A DNA stretch of 44,686 nt from Octopus bimaculoides (taxonomy: Eukaryota). The stretch's first letter is position 1, and every line of letters begins with the position of its first letter. The DNA is taken from positions 162,347,381 to 162,392,066 of the forward strand of contig NC_068983.1 in the NCBI RefSeq assembly GCF_001194135.2. Reading direction: 5' to 3'. Positions 12,401-24,400 of the stretch are shown here, one piece after another. A model generated the notes under the pieces. That model was given only the letters and a program-made list of their open reading frames with translations. It was not told the origin of the DNA and made no database searches. Position numbers and translations under genes: made by a program.

Positions 12401-15176
12401 ACTTTACCAATCTATTTCTATTTTCATAATCTTCTTTCACAGCTGCTGGTAAGTCATTAAAAATTTTACTAAGTCCTTTCATTCTTTCGGTGCTTTTGAC
12501 ATCAACAAGGAGATGGCCAGACGTTTTGATAAACAATCCAAAACCATTACTGCAAAATAAAAATAAACAAAATTCTATGAAGTTGAACATAAGCTTACTG
12601 AATAAACAGCAATGTATTACTGGTAATTCCATGTCTATTATGATTATAGCAATATACTCTGATCGGTTCGCTCTTTGATTTATCCTTAGGTGTCTTAACC
12701 CTTTGGCATTCAGATTGCTGTCAAATGCAATGCTTATCTTATCCACATTGTCTTGGAATAATCATGCATTAACTCGTAGCTTCAAGATTTCAATGATGTG
12801 ATTGTTTATACATTATTTACATTTGACGGATATTTGTCCTCATCTTGTTTGTTGTTAACACAACATTTCGGCTGATATACCCTCCAGCCTTCATCAAGTG
12901 TCTTGGGGAAATTTTGAACCTGGGTTCTTATTCCTAAAGCATAGTGGTTAAGAGCGTGGGCTACTAACCCCAAGATTCCGAGTTCAATTCCAGGTAGTGA
13001 ACATCGAAAGATACCTTAGGAATGAGAACCCAGGATCGAAATTTCCCCGACATCTGATGAAGGCTGGAGGGTATATCAGCCGAAACGTGTTAAGAACAAA
13101 CAAGATGAGGACAAATATCCATCAAATGTAAATAATGTACATAATTCCTCATCTCTTAAATATAGAATATGATTGCTTATTTTCAGAATGACATTGCAGA
13201 GCCGGTGTGAGGGACCTGATCTGACCAGTTTAAACATAAAACAGGTAGAATATTTGGGGCCAGACACAGTCAGTCTAAATAGCAAAGGGTCAAATGTAGA
13301 TTACTATGACTGAAAGCTTTCTGTGCTCTGAGCTTCCAATGGCTCAACTGGTTCTGGATTCATAGAGTAAGAGTAATTAGCTTTGTGAAGGAGTGTGGCT
13401 TAGAGGTTAGGGAGTTTGGCTCAAGAATGCAAGGTCACAAGTTCAATACCTGGCATGCGTTGTGTCCTTGAATAAGACACTTTATTACACATTGTTCCAG
13501 TCTACTTAGCTGGCAAAAGTGATAACACCTGTGTTTTGAAGGGCCAACCTTGTCATATTCTGAGTCACACTAAATCTCACTGTGAACCAATGTCTGTGGA
13601 GTGCTCAGCCACTTGCACCTTTGATTAACTGGAACCTTCGTCATCATAACTAATGAAGTGCCAGATTTAGTTAGCCAGGAATGTATCCCTGATCACTAAT
13701 CAAGTTACTCTTCATCTTTCAGTTGCAGACAAGTTTTCTTGTAATTTTTGGCACTCATTACTAATAACTGGTAGTAAAATAAAAGGCTCTGTCCAGAGAT
13801 ACAAAATATTGCCTGTCAGTGATCCAAACTTATAAATTACAAAGTGGTAACATTTTATTCATGATAACTCATTTTCACAGGTCATAAATGAAATCAGTTG
13901 ATTACTTCAAATTAGGATCATTATAACAGTCAAGTCCTGCACATTAGACTTTTATGAAATTATTAACAGGCATGGCTGTGTGGTAAGAAGCTTGCTTCAC
14001 AACCACATGGTTCTGGGTTCAGTCCGACTGCATGGCACTTTAAGCAAATGTCTTCTACTATAGCCTCAGGCCGACCAAAGCCTTCTGAGAGGATATGGTA
14101 GAGAGAAACTGAAAGAAGCCCATCACGTGCACGTGAGTGTTTGTGTGCCTTTGTGTCCGCTACCACTGCTTGACAACAAATGTCAGTGTGTTTATGTCCC
14201 CGTAACATAGTGATGTGGTACAAGAGACTGATAGAATAGTTCATTCAACAAAAAATTCTTCTAGGCAGTGCCCCAGCATGGCCACAGTCTGACTGAAACG
14301 AAATGAAAATGAACCCATTATTATCTGAGATAAAAGATATTTTTACCTGCAAGGCTTCTCAGGAATACCTAGCCTTCTAAGAAGCATTTTCTGTTCAAAT
14401 TTTGAGAAAACGGGTTTCATTGTAAAATCTGGGTACACTCTTTTGTATTCCTTGACTTCTTCCTGTAACAAAATTAAATTTTAGATTTACATTTAGAACC
14501 ATGTTGCAGAACTTAAGATTCTTCCTTCGTCGATGAATTATAACTTAGACCACACTTCTCCAAATACATTCCTTATCAGCTCTGATTTTGTGCCATATAA
14601 AATGTGCCAGTGCTGTGTAAACGCACCTGTGCCATATAAAATGCACTCGTGCCAGTGCTGCATAAACGCACTGTGCCAATGGCATGTAATAAGCACCCAG
14701 CACACTCTGTAAAGTGGTTGGCATTAGGAAGGACATCCAGAAGTAGAAACCATACCAAAACAGACAACTGGAGTCTGGACAGCTCCTGTCAAACAGTCCA
14801 ACCCATGCCAGCACGGAAAACGGATGTTAAATCATGATGATGATTATGATGATGATGATGATGATGATGAAATTTATAGGCTCACATTGTTGACCTATAT
14901 TTTTATTTGCTGGATCTAGAGGAAGGACCATTGCCCATGGCCTCTACAGGATGGTCTTGGAATGGTGAGTGTGGGAAAGTCATAAGCATGGAGAAAATTT
15001 CAGAGGGAAACATTTTAGGAAGGAAGGATTGGACATAGTGATAAACATACAACCTGTAATGGAGGCAGAAGGAACAAGAATGATGAGAGGAAGAGAGAGA
15101 CAACAGGAGGATGGGAATGTTTGAGTGGAGGTAACAGGAATCCATTTACCTCTGAGGAGGAGAGGCCATTATATTA

Positions 15177-15221
<45 letters not shown>

Positions 15222-18200
15222 TATAGAACAATGGGTCAGAAGTTAAAGTGTAATAGTGATTTCATGCCAATCTGTCTGGTGGCCATTCTATGAATGCAAT
15301 CTAAGACATTTAAATAGAAAACAGTAGCACATCAGAAACTGAAGAATAAATGACTTGACAAACATTACAGAATTCACTAGACCATGAAATCAAAATCGAA
15401 TTAAATTCGACGACTGGCACCCATGCAAACGTTGTCTCCTTCATTGGACACGAAATTCGGCTTGCGAAGACCTGTCGGGGCAAGCGAAAGCAAAACCGTC
15501 ATGGCACCTGTGCCCAGCATCGCCTCCCTGGCACTTGTGCCGGATGGCATGTGTAAAGACATTCGAGCGAGATCGTTGCCAGTGCCGCCGGACTGGCTCC
15601 TGTGCAGGTGGCACGTAAAATACACCATTTGCGCATGGCTGTTGCCAGTACCGCCTGACTGGCCTTCGTGCTGGTGGCACGCATAAGCACCCACTACACT
15701 CTCAGAGTGGTTGGCGTTAGGAAGGGCATCCAGCTGTAGAAACTCTGCCAGATCAGATTGGAGCCTGGTGTAGCCATCTGGTTCGCCAGTCCTCAGTGAA
15801 ATCGTCCAACCCATGCTAGCATGGAAAGCGGACGTTAAACGACGACGATGATGATGATGATGATGATGTACAAATGAATTACAGTTGATCGCATTGCAAA
15901 TTTTACAAACTCATACCACAACACAGATCAGACCCCCCACCCCTTTCACACCAAGACCTTTGGCAATATGCTGTGCTTGAGAAGAAGACCCATCAAGCCA
16001 TAAGAAAACAGAGTCCTGGCAGATACTCGTGGCACACAAACAGGCACCCAGTACACTCTCAGCGTGGTTGGTGTTAGGAAGGGGATCCAGCTGTAGAAAC
16101 CATACCAAATCGGACTGGAGTCTGGTGCAGACCTTCAGCTTACCTTTTTACCCTTGCATAACCCTTAAAATAAATTACATGTCTCAAGGAACCCCTACAC
16201 AAAAAGAACTATATACCATATCTTTCACATATTTTTTTTCATCATAGTTCATGTGGTAAATACCATATATCTTAGGCCAACATGGTTTGGGGTCAGATGA
16301 TACTCTCTCTCTCTCTCCNNNNNNNNNNNNNNNNNNNNNNNNNNNNNNNNNNNNNNNNNNNNNNNNNNNNNNNNNNNNNNNNNNNNNNNNNNNNNNNNTA
16401 TATATATATATATCATCATCATCATCATCGTTTAACGTCCGTTTTCCATGCTGGCATGGGTTGGACGGTTCAACTGGGGTCTGGGAAGCCAGGAGGCTGC
16501 ACCAGACACCAATCTGATCTGTCAGTGTTTCTACAGCTGGATGCCCTTCCTAATGCCAACCACTGAGAGTGTAGTGGGTGCTTTTTATGTGCCACCGGCA
16601 CAGGGGCCAGAGAGGTCTGACATCGACCATGATTGGATGGTACTTTTTACATGCCACCAGCACGGAAGCCAGTCAAAGCGGTGCTGGCATCGGCCACGTT
16701 CAGATGGTGCTTTTTATGTGCCACCGGCGTAGGAGCCAGTCAGGGCGATGGAGCTGATACCAACCACGTTCAGATGGTGCTCTTTACGCACCACCAACAC
16801 AGGAGCCAGTCGGGGCGAAGGGGCTGGCATCGACCATGTTAAGATGGTGCTTTTTACATGCCACCGGCATAAGGACCACAGCTACAATTTCCATTTGATT
16901 GTGATTTGATTTGATTTTGATGTACTTGACTCAATAGGTTTCCTCAAGCACGGCATGTCACCCTACGATCCAAAGGTAGTTTTTGAGTGCGGCTGGTTAT
17001 GTGACACTGGTGTAGGTTACAGCTGTGATCTCGTGGTTATTATATTCTTTTGATAATATGACAGGTTAGACAGGATGAAGTCTATACTACAATAATTATC
17101 TGTTTGTTGTCCACAGGGGGCTACACACAGAGGGGACAAACAAGAACAGACAAAGGGTTTAAATCGATTACATCGACCCCAGTGTGTAACTGGTACTTAT
17201 TTAATCAACACCAAAAGGATGAAAGGCAAAGTCGACCTCGGCAGAATTTGAATTCAGAATGTAAAGACAGACGAAATACCATTAAGCATTATGCCTGGCG
17301 TGCTAACGTTTCTGCCAGCTCACCACCTTTACTACAATATTACAATAACCAATATGTTGCGCATGTATAGTAATATTACAATCATGAAATTAGCATTAAC
17401 TTATCTCAGTCTTTCTCGTGGAACCGCTAGGAATCTTTTGCGGAACCCTAGGCTGCTGAGCAATTGATAAATAATGCTTTAATCTAATCAAATTCCATTT
17501 CCTGAAGTCTTCCTCTTAACGGTTGGAGAATAAAAAAGTCCCTTAATATATTTTGGTACAATTTGAAAAATAAAAACAGTAGAATAACTTACCAAGTATT
17601 TCTTTTCCCAATCTTGTGCCTGCACAATGTATTTCATTTTCTTTTTATTGTCCAAACTTATCCACTGTTTTGATAAACGGTTTAATATATTGATTTGGCG
17701 AAGCTGAAAAGGGGCACAAAAAAGATTTCATTACATTTTCCGTTGAAAGTACAAAAAAAAAGAGAAAATATTTTAACTGTGATTAAATTTTCCTGCAAAC
17801 GTCTCCACAAAATTTTGAAACAAAAACCTGGGCGAATACAGTAAAATCCAAGTCTTAATATGACCATAGTTAAAATTATATAATCATACCAACTTTTTCC
17901 TGTTGGCATTGACAAGAAAGTCAAAAAATGAAACTGTGATGATAGATTTGTGGATCTTTGTGATTATCAAAATACAGGTGATTTAGAAAATGACAGGTGT
18001 GACAAACTTAGAAATTGCATCAATCCCAGTTACGCTAAGTTATGGAGACGTAAACACACCACCATCGGTTGTCAAGCAATGTTGGGGGGACAAACACAGA
18101 CATACAAGCATACACACATATATATATATATATATGGGAGAATATACAAATAATAACAACAGACGAGGACAGGTGGTGTAAATAACAAAAGTATATATTA

Positions 18201-19298
18201 GTATGACGCTCGGGAATACGGAAAGTCTTTGACGTTTCGAGCTACGCTCTTCAACAGAAAGAATACGGAGACAAGGAGAAAAACACGGAGAAAAAAAATT
18301 GAATAGTGTTCAGTCAACGGTCAATCATAATAATGGCCGATCATAACAATGGCTGACCGGAAGTTAGAAATTCTTATTTCAGGAGAGCTAAGAAAGGGGG
18401 AGATAACAAACGNNNNNNNNNNNNNNNNNNNNNNNNNNNNNNNNNNNNNNNNNNNNNNNNNNNNNNNNNNNNNNNNNNNNNNNNNNNNNNNNNNNNNNNN
18501 NNNNNNNNNNNNNNNNNNNNNNNNNNNNNNNNNNNNNNNNNNNNNNNNNNNNNNNNNNNNNNNNNNNNNNNNNNNNNNNNNNNNNNNNNNNNNNNNNNNN
18601 NNNNNNNNNNNNNNNNNNNNNNNNNNNNNNNNNNNNNNNNNNNNNNNNNNNNNNNNNNNNNNNNNNNNNNNNNNNNNNNNNNNNNNNNNNNNNNNNNNNN
18701 NNNNNNNNNNNNNNNNNNNNNNNNNNNNNNNNNNNNNNNNNNNNNNNNNNNNNNNNNNNNNNNNNNNNNNNNNNNNNNNNNNNNNNNNNNNNNNNNNNNN
18801 NNNNNNNNNNNNNNNNNNNNNNNNNNNNNNNNNNNNNNNNNNNNNNNNNNNNNNNNNNNNNNNNNNNNNNNNNNNNNNNNNNNNNNNNNNNNNNNNNNNN
18901 NNNNNNNNNNNNNNNNNNNNNNNNNNNNNNNNNNNNNNNNNNNNNNNNNNNNNNNNNNNNNNNNNNNNNNNNNNNNNNNNNNNNNNNNNNNNNNNNNNNN
19001 NNNNNNNNNNNNNNNNNNNNNNNNNNNNNNNNNNNNNNNNNNNNNNNNNNNNNNNNNNNNNNNNNNNNNNNNNNNNNNNNNNNNNNNNNNNNNNNNNNNN
19101 NNNNNNNNNNNNNNNNNNNNNNNNNNNNNNNNNNNNNNNNNNNNNNNNNNNNNNNNNNNNNNNNNNNNNNNNNNNNNNNNNNNNNNNNNNNNNNNNNNNN
19201 NNNNNNNNNNNNNNNNNNNNNNNNNNNNNNNNNNNNNNNNNNNNNNNNNNNNNNNNNNNNNNNNNNNNNNNNNNNNNNNNNNNNNNNNNNNNNNNNNN

Positions 19299-19333
<35 letters not shown>

Positions 19334-21404
19334 TACAGGCTTCTTTCAGTTTCCGTCTACCAAATCCACTCACAAGGCTTTGGTCGGCCCAAGGCTATAG
19401 TAGAAGACACTTGCCCAAGGTGCCATGCAGTGGGAATGAACCCAGAACCATGTGGCTGGTAAGCAAGCTACTTACCACACAGCTACTCCTGCGCCTGTAT
19501 GGAATTTGTTCTTGTAATGCAATGATGATAAAGGCTGGGGGAGGTACCTGCTGTAAATGTGAGGCGAAAGTTCCAGAATTTATTTAACCAATAAATTCAA
19601 ATGAAAAAAAAACTTACTTGTGGGAATTTCTTTAATGCTTTTTTACGATGCGATTCTATATACAATCTGAACGGTGTCATCGGTTTCGGCTTTGGTAGTG
19701 CTTTGGTATATCTGTTATGGAAAAAGAAATAATCTTGATGAGTAAAAATTGGAAAAAAAATACAAAAAGAAAAAGACACACAAAACCCAGTAGATGTAGG
19801 GGTTGTGACATTCATGCCTTTCTCAACAATAATGTAGCAGAAATGAAATGAGTAAAGAAATTTTCAAATCCAGAACAAAGGACTTAGTTCATCTGCCACT
19901 TGACACTGCTCTGCAGCTAGAAAAAGCACTGCCACCGCCACCACTGCTGGCGTCACCACTGCTACCAAACTTGAGTAACAATTGATGTTCCTAACACTAG
20001 CTTAGGGATGATGAAGTTACTTTAATAAATTCTTTGTTATATTTAAAGTAATTGAAAGAAACACAGAACATCTCAAAATAAATATGGCAATGAAAGGGTT
20101 AACGTCCGTTTTCCATGCTGGCATGGGTTGGACGATTTGACTGAGGCCTGGAGAGGCAGCAGCTGCACCAGGCTCCAATCTGGTCTGGCAGAGTTTCTAC
20201 AGCTGGATGCCCTTCCTAATGCCAACCACTCCAAGAGTATAGTGGGTGCTTTTTACGTACCACTGGCACAGGAGCCAGTAAGGCAGGGCTGGCAATGATC
20301 ACATTCGGATGGTGCTTTTTATGTGCCACCAGTACAGGAGCCAGTCAGGGGGTATTGGCATCGGTTGGTGCTTTTCTACGTTCCACTGGCACAGGAGCCA
20401 GTAAGGCAGGCCTAGCAACGAATACGTTCGAATGGTGCTTCTTACAGGCCACTGTTACGGGAGCCAGTCAGGGGGTACTGGTGTCGGTCACAATCGGTTG
20501 GTGCTTTTTACATGTCACCGGCACCAGTAAGGCAAGCCTAGCAACAAGCACGTTAGGATGGTGCTTTTTACATGCCACTGGCACAGGAGCCAGTCAGCGG
20601 GTACTGGCATCGGTCATGACTGGCTGGTACTTTTTACGTGCCACCGGCACAGGAGCCAATCAGGGGACACCAGCTCCAGCACTGGTTTCACTTGACTCAA
20701 CAGGTCTTTCTTTATAGAATAGAAAAATAGCCAAGATAAGTGTATCAGTTATCCTTATTTATCAGCTACACACACACACCTCCCACATGTTTAGCTGTCA
20801 GTTGTGAATATGACCTGGTAGTGGGTCTCCTGTGGTTTTGGTGCTTTAGGTGGTATAGATACCCTCTAGACCCTGCTGCCCTTCACCCAGCAGAACACTG
20901 AGCATGTAACAGCCAAGCAGACTGAGCCAATATGAAATGAAGTGCCTTTCTTGAGAAGGCAGCCTGCAGCTGATGTAGTCCTGTCTCTTCCTCCCATACT
21001 GCTCAGTCTAGGAATTGAAACCCCAGCCTCACAATCACGAACCTAATACACTGACCATAATACTACGCTCTTCCACAGATCAGAGAGTACAAAAGTTGAG
21101 TACACTGCTATTTATTATGTTCTAAGCTCTTAAGCCCTGACCAGGATATAATATGGCAACCAAAAAGTTGTTGCACACTGGTGCATTCTTCAACATCATC
21201 ATCATCAATGAACGTCTGTTGTCCGTACTGGCATGGGTTGGACGGTTTGACCAGGGCTGGCATTGCAGGAAGGCTGCACCAGACTCCAGTCTTGACTTGG
21301 CATAGCTTTCTATGGTTGAATACCCTTTCTAGCACCAACCACTCTGAGAGTGTGATGGGTGCAGGTTTTATCACCTTTTGTATGTGTATATGCATGTATA
21401 TATG

Positions 21405-21464
<60 letters not shown>

Positions 21465-24400
21465 TACATATATATATATTTTTTATTTATGTTATTATAT
21501 GATTGAATGCCACACATCCATTTCCAAGTAAGTTTATCTTAATTTTTATGTGACTCTACCCTATACTGTTCTCCCCCCACTTCATTTTCTCTCTCTTCCT
21601 TTCTCTAATTCTCCCCCCCTTTCGTTTTTTTCCCTTTATTCTTTCTCTAATTCTGTTTTTTCTCTCCTTCACCGTTTTCTATCTGTCTGTCTCTCTCCCT
21701 CTTCCTCCTTTACTATCTCTCGTTGCTCAAACATGACCATCGTCCATCTTTCTTTTTCTTCAGTCTGTCGCACAGACCACACACATTCTTATCCGTCTCC
21801 ACTCCTATCTTTTCTCTTGTCAAAGAAGGTTCCTCCAGCGTTCGCTACCATACCTCGTCTGGCCTAACAGCCCTCACTGTTTGTTTTCACTGTCCTGCTT
21901 TTGTTACCAGCTTTGACCCTCTGCAAATACCAAATTTTATTTTGGTTCACAGGAGCAACTGTTTTTCGAAGGCACATATCGTCATGAATTGCTCAAAATG
22001 TGGAGTAGATAAACAGTCGACAACTGATGAAGGGTCAGTCTTTATGGAAATTAGTTGTGGAGAAACGGAAAATACCGTTTATATTGTGTATCACTCACTA
22101 AAAAGACGAAATTTTAAAAATCTGTTGTCTTTCTCTTTCTCTCTTTACACTGTCGCTAGAAAGGGACTTAACTCATGCTCCGACTTAAAAATTGTTAGAA
22201 GTTATGGTTTAAAATTATTTTTAACCCTTTCGTTACCATATTTCTAACCAAAATATACCCCTTATGTGTTTCAATTAATTTCTAACATAATCATAAATTT
22301 AGTCTGGTTTCATTAAACAACTCTAACTTTTTTATTTATCAACATATNNNNNNNNNNNNNNNNNNNNNNNNNNNNNNNNNNNNNNNNNNNNNNNNNNNNN
22401 NNNNNNNNNNNNNNNNNNNNNNNNNNNNNNNNNNNNNNNNNNNNNNNNNNNNNNNNNNNNNNNNNNNNNNNNNNNNNNNNNNNNNNNNNNNNNNNNNNNN
22501 NNNNNNNNNNNNNNNNNNNNNNNNNNNNNNNNNNNNNNNNNNNNNNNNNNNNNNNNNNNNNNNNNNNNNNNNNNNNNNNNNNNNNNNNNNNNNNNNNNNN
22601 NNNNNNNNNNNNNNNNNNNNNNNNNNNNNNNNNNNNNNNNNNNNNNNNNNNNNNNNNNNNNNNNNNNNNNNNNNNNNNNNNNNNNNNNNNNNNNNNNNNN
22701 NNNNNNNNNNNNNNNNNNNNNNNNNNNNNNNNNNNNNNNNNNNNNNNNNNNNNNNNNNNNNNNNNNNNNNNNNNNNNNNNNNNNNNNNNNNNNNNNNGTC
22801 AATGAGGGGTCTTATTTTAAATAAGGGATCAAAGTCTGGTTCTCCACGTACTGGTGTACTGCTCGTGTCTCTTACATGTAAATATTGAGTCAATTTTAAA
22901 AACCATGTCCTCGTCATTATACTTGAGACATATTCGTCTCCAAAGGGTTCATCACTACTCCAGTAATTTGTTATTCTAGGTAACTTTCTAATGCCCATAA
23001 TAATATTTATGGCAAAATATTCTTTAATTTCATTCAAGTTTGTGGGAAACCACAAACTATCCTTTTTTACTCTTTGTTTACATTCAGCGTAACGGTTTGT
23101 TTCCGCCGTAATCAATTCAAATAGGTACATCGGAAAAAGCAAAAAGAAATAGTCTAAAGCTTTACTCTCCTGGGTAAGACTGTGACTTGGTCCAGTTTCT
23201 TCAGAAAAATCACTGAAAGAAGGAGTTTTTAAATTTTCACTCCATTCAGGTACTAATTCATTCTCTTTATTGCTATCGGAGCTCTCAGATTCACTGCTTT
23301 CATTTTCGGAAAATGAAACCTCAGATTCATTATCAAATACCACATGCTTTTTTTTTCGGTTACAGAGTTAGATTTATCAAGGTCTTCAACGGGAAATCCT
23401 TCAAATTCTGACTAGCTGCTTGACAGAATAAAATTCGTATCCATTTTTTTGTCAGGATTACAAATTTTGAAAACACAACAGGAACAAATTTGGAAAAAAT
23501 CTCCCAAAATTCACAAAATTAAAAAAACACGTCGATCGTTGTACAAAACTATAGCTGAACTGTTTACACAAATAATCACGTGTTTTCACGAATGTACTAA
23601 CGAGATTCGCTCTGATATTCTCATTTAAATATGAATAGGTGATAACGGGCGGTTTTGGGTGGCTTGGTCACATGAACCAAAATTTTTTTCGGGCGGCTTT
23701 GGGTGGTTTGGTAATGAAAGGGTTAATGCAAAAATTCACCGGTTAGGAAGGAAGAAAAAAAATAAATAAATGGCCGATTCCGGGCATTTTCGACCATGAG
23801 GAATCCATTGGTGCGACTCCCAAATTGCTATCTTGTAAGGTGTGGATTTCTATAGATGCAACACACACTCACAAACTCAGCTTTACAATATGTACTGATA
23901 CTGATGAGCTGTTGAAAATTAAACATCTTAATATTTGGTAAGTTAATTAATTTTAACGATTACAAAAATAGAACAAGAAAAGAGAGAAAAGATACATACG
24001 TTTTGGGAGAGTTTAATGTCTGAAAATAAAAAGAGGAAAAGGAAACTGTGAAACAGCAATAATCTTTAAAGCAAAGGAAATCAATGTGTGTGTGAGAGAG
24101 AGAGAGGGGGGGGGGGGGGAGAAAGCATGAGAGAGACGGATGGCTTATTTTTATACTTGTTTCAGCCATTATACTGTGGCCATGCTGGAGCACTGCCTTA
24201 ACATTTTTTTAGGCAAGTGAATTGATCCCAATACTTGTTTTTTTAAAAAGCTTAGAACTTATTCTATTGGTTCCTTTTGCTGAACCACTAAGTTAGAGAC
24301 GTAAACACACCAATGCCAGTTATCAATGCAGGAAGCGCATTGTGATCAGCAAGGTATGAACGTCCGACAGTCTACTTGACTATGTGATCATAATGAATTA

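Noticed and set aside
12939-12995. Functional tRNA gene
   Set aside because: It has A/B boxes and a CTACTAA loop but only a 3-bp anticodon stem and no acceptor stem. It is a SINE head.
18321-19587. Long ORFs of 319-412 aa in the track (also 40766-41831, 22332-22802 and 16282-16566)
   Set aside because: They are runs of X across assembly gaps (N at 16319-16398, 18413-19298, 22348-22797 and 40814-41775), not coding sequence.
20255-20695. Repeat-spacer-like arrays resembling CRISPR
   Set aside because: The intervening sequences are homologous to each other, the context is eukaryotic, and there are no cas genes. This is a retroelement minisatellite.
21983-22050. CTGATGAAGGG motif in a third repeat (also 30927-31075)
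   Set aside because: No stem II closure or GAAA follows in either copy, so a hammerhead cannot be supported.
23872-23907. 36-nt candidate exon (LISISTYCKAEF) with good-looking splice sites
   Set aside because: It is phase 0-0, so it does not fix the 24599/19711 conflict, and it has no similarity to UBF. It may be a cryptic site.
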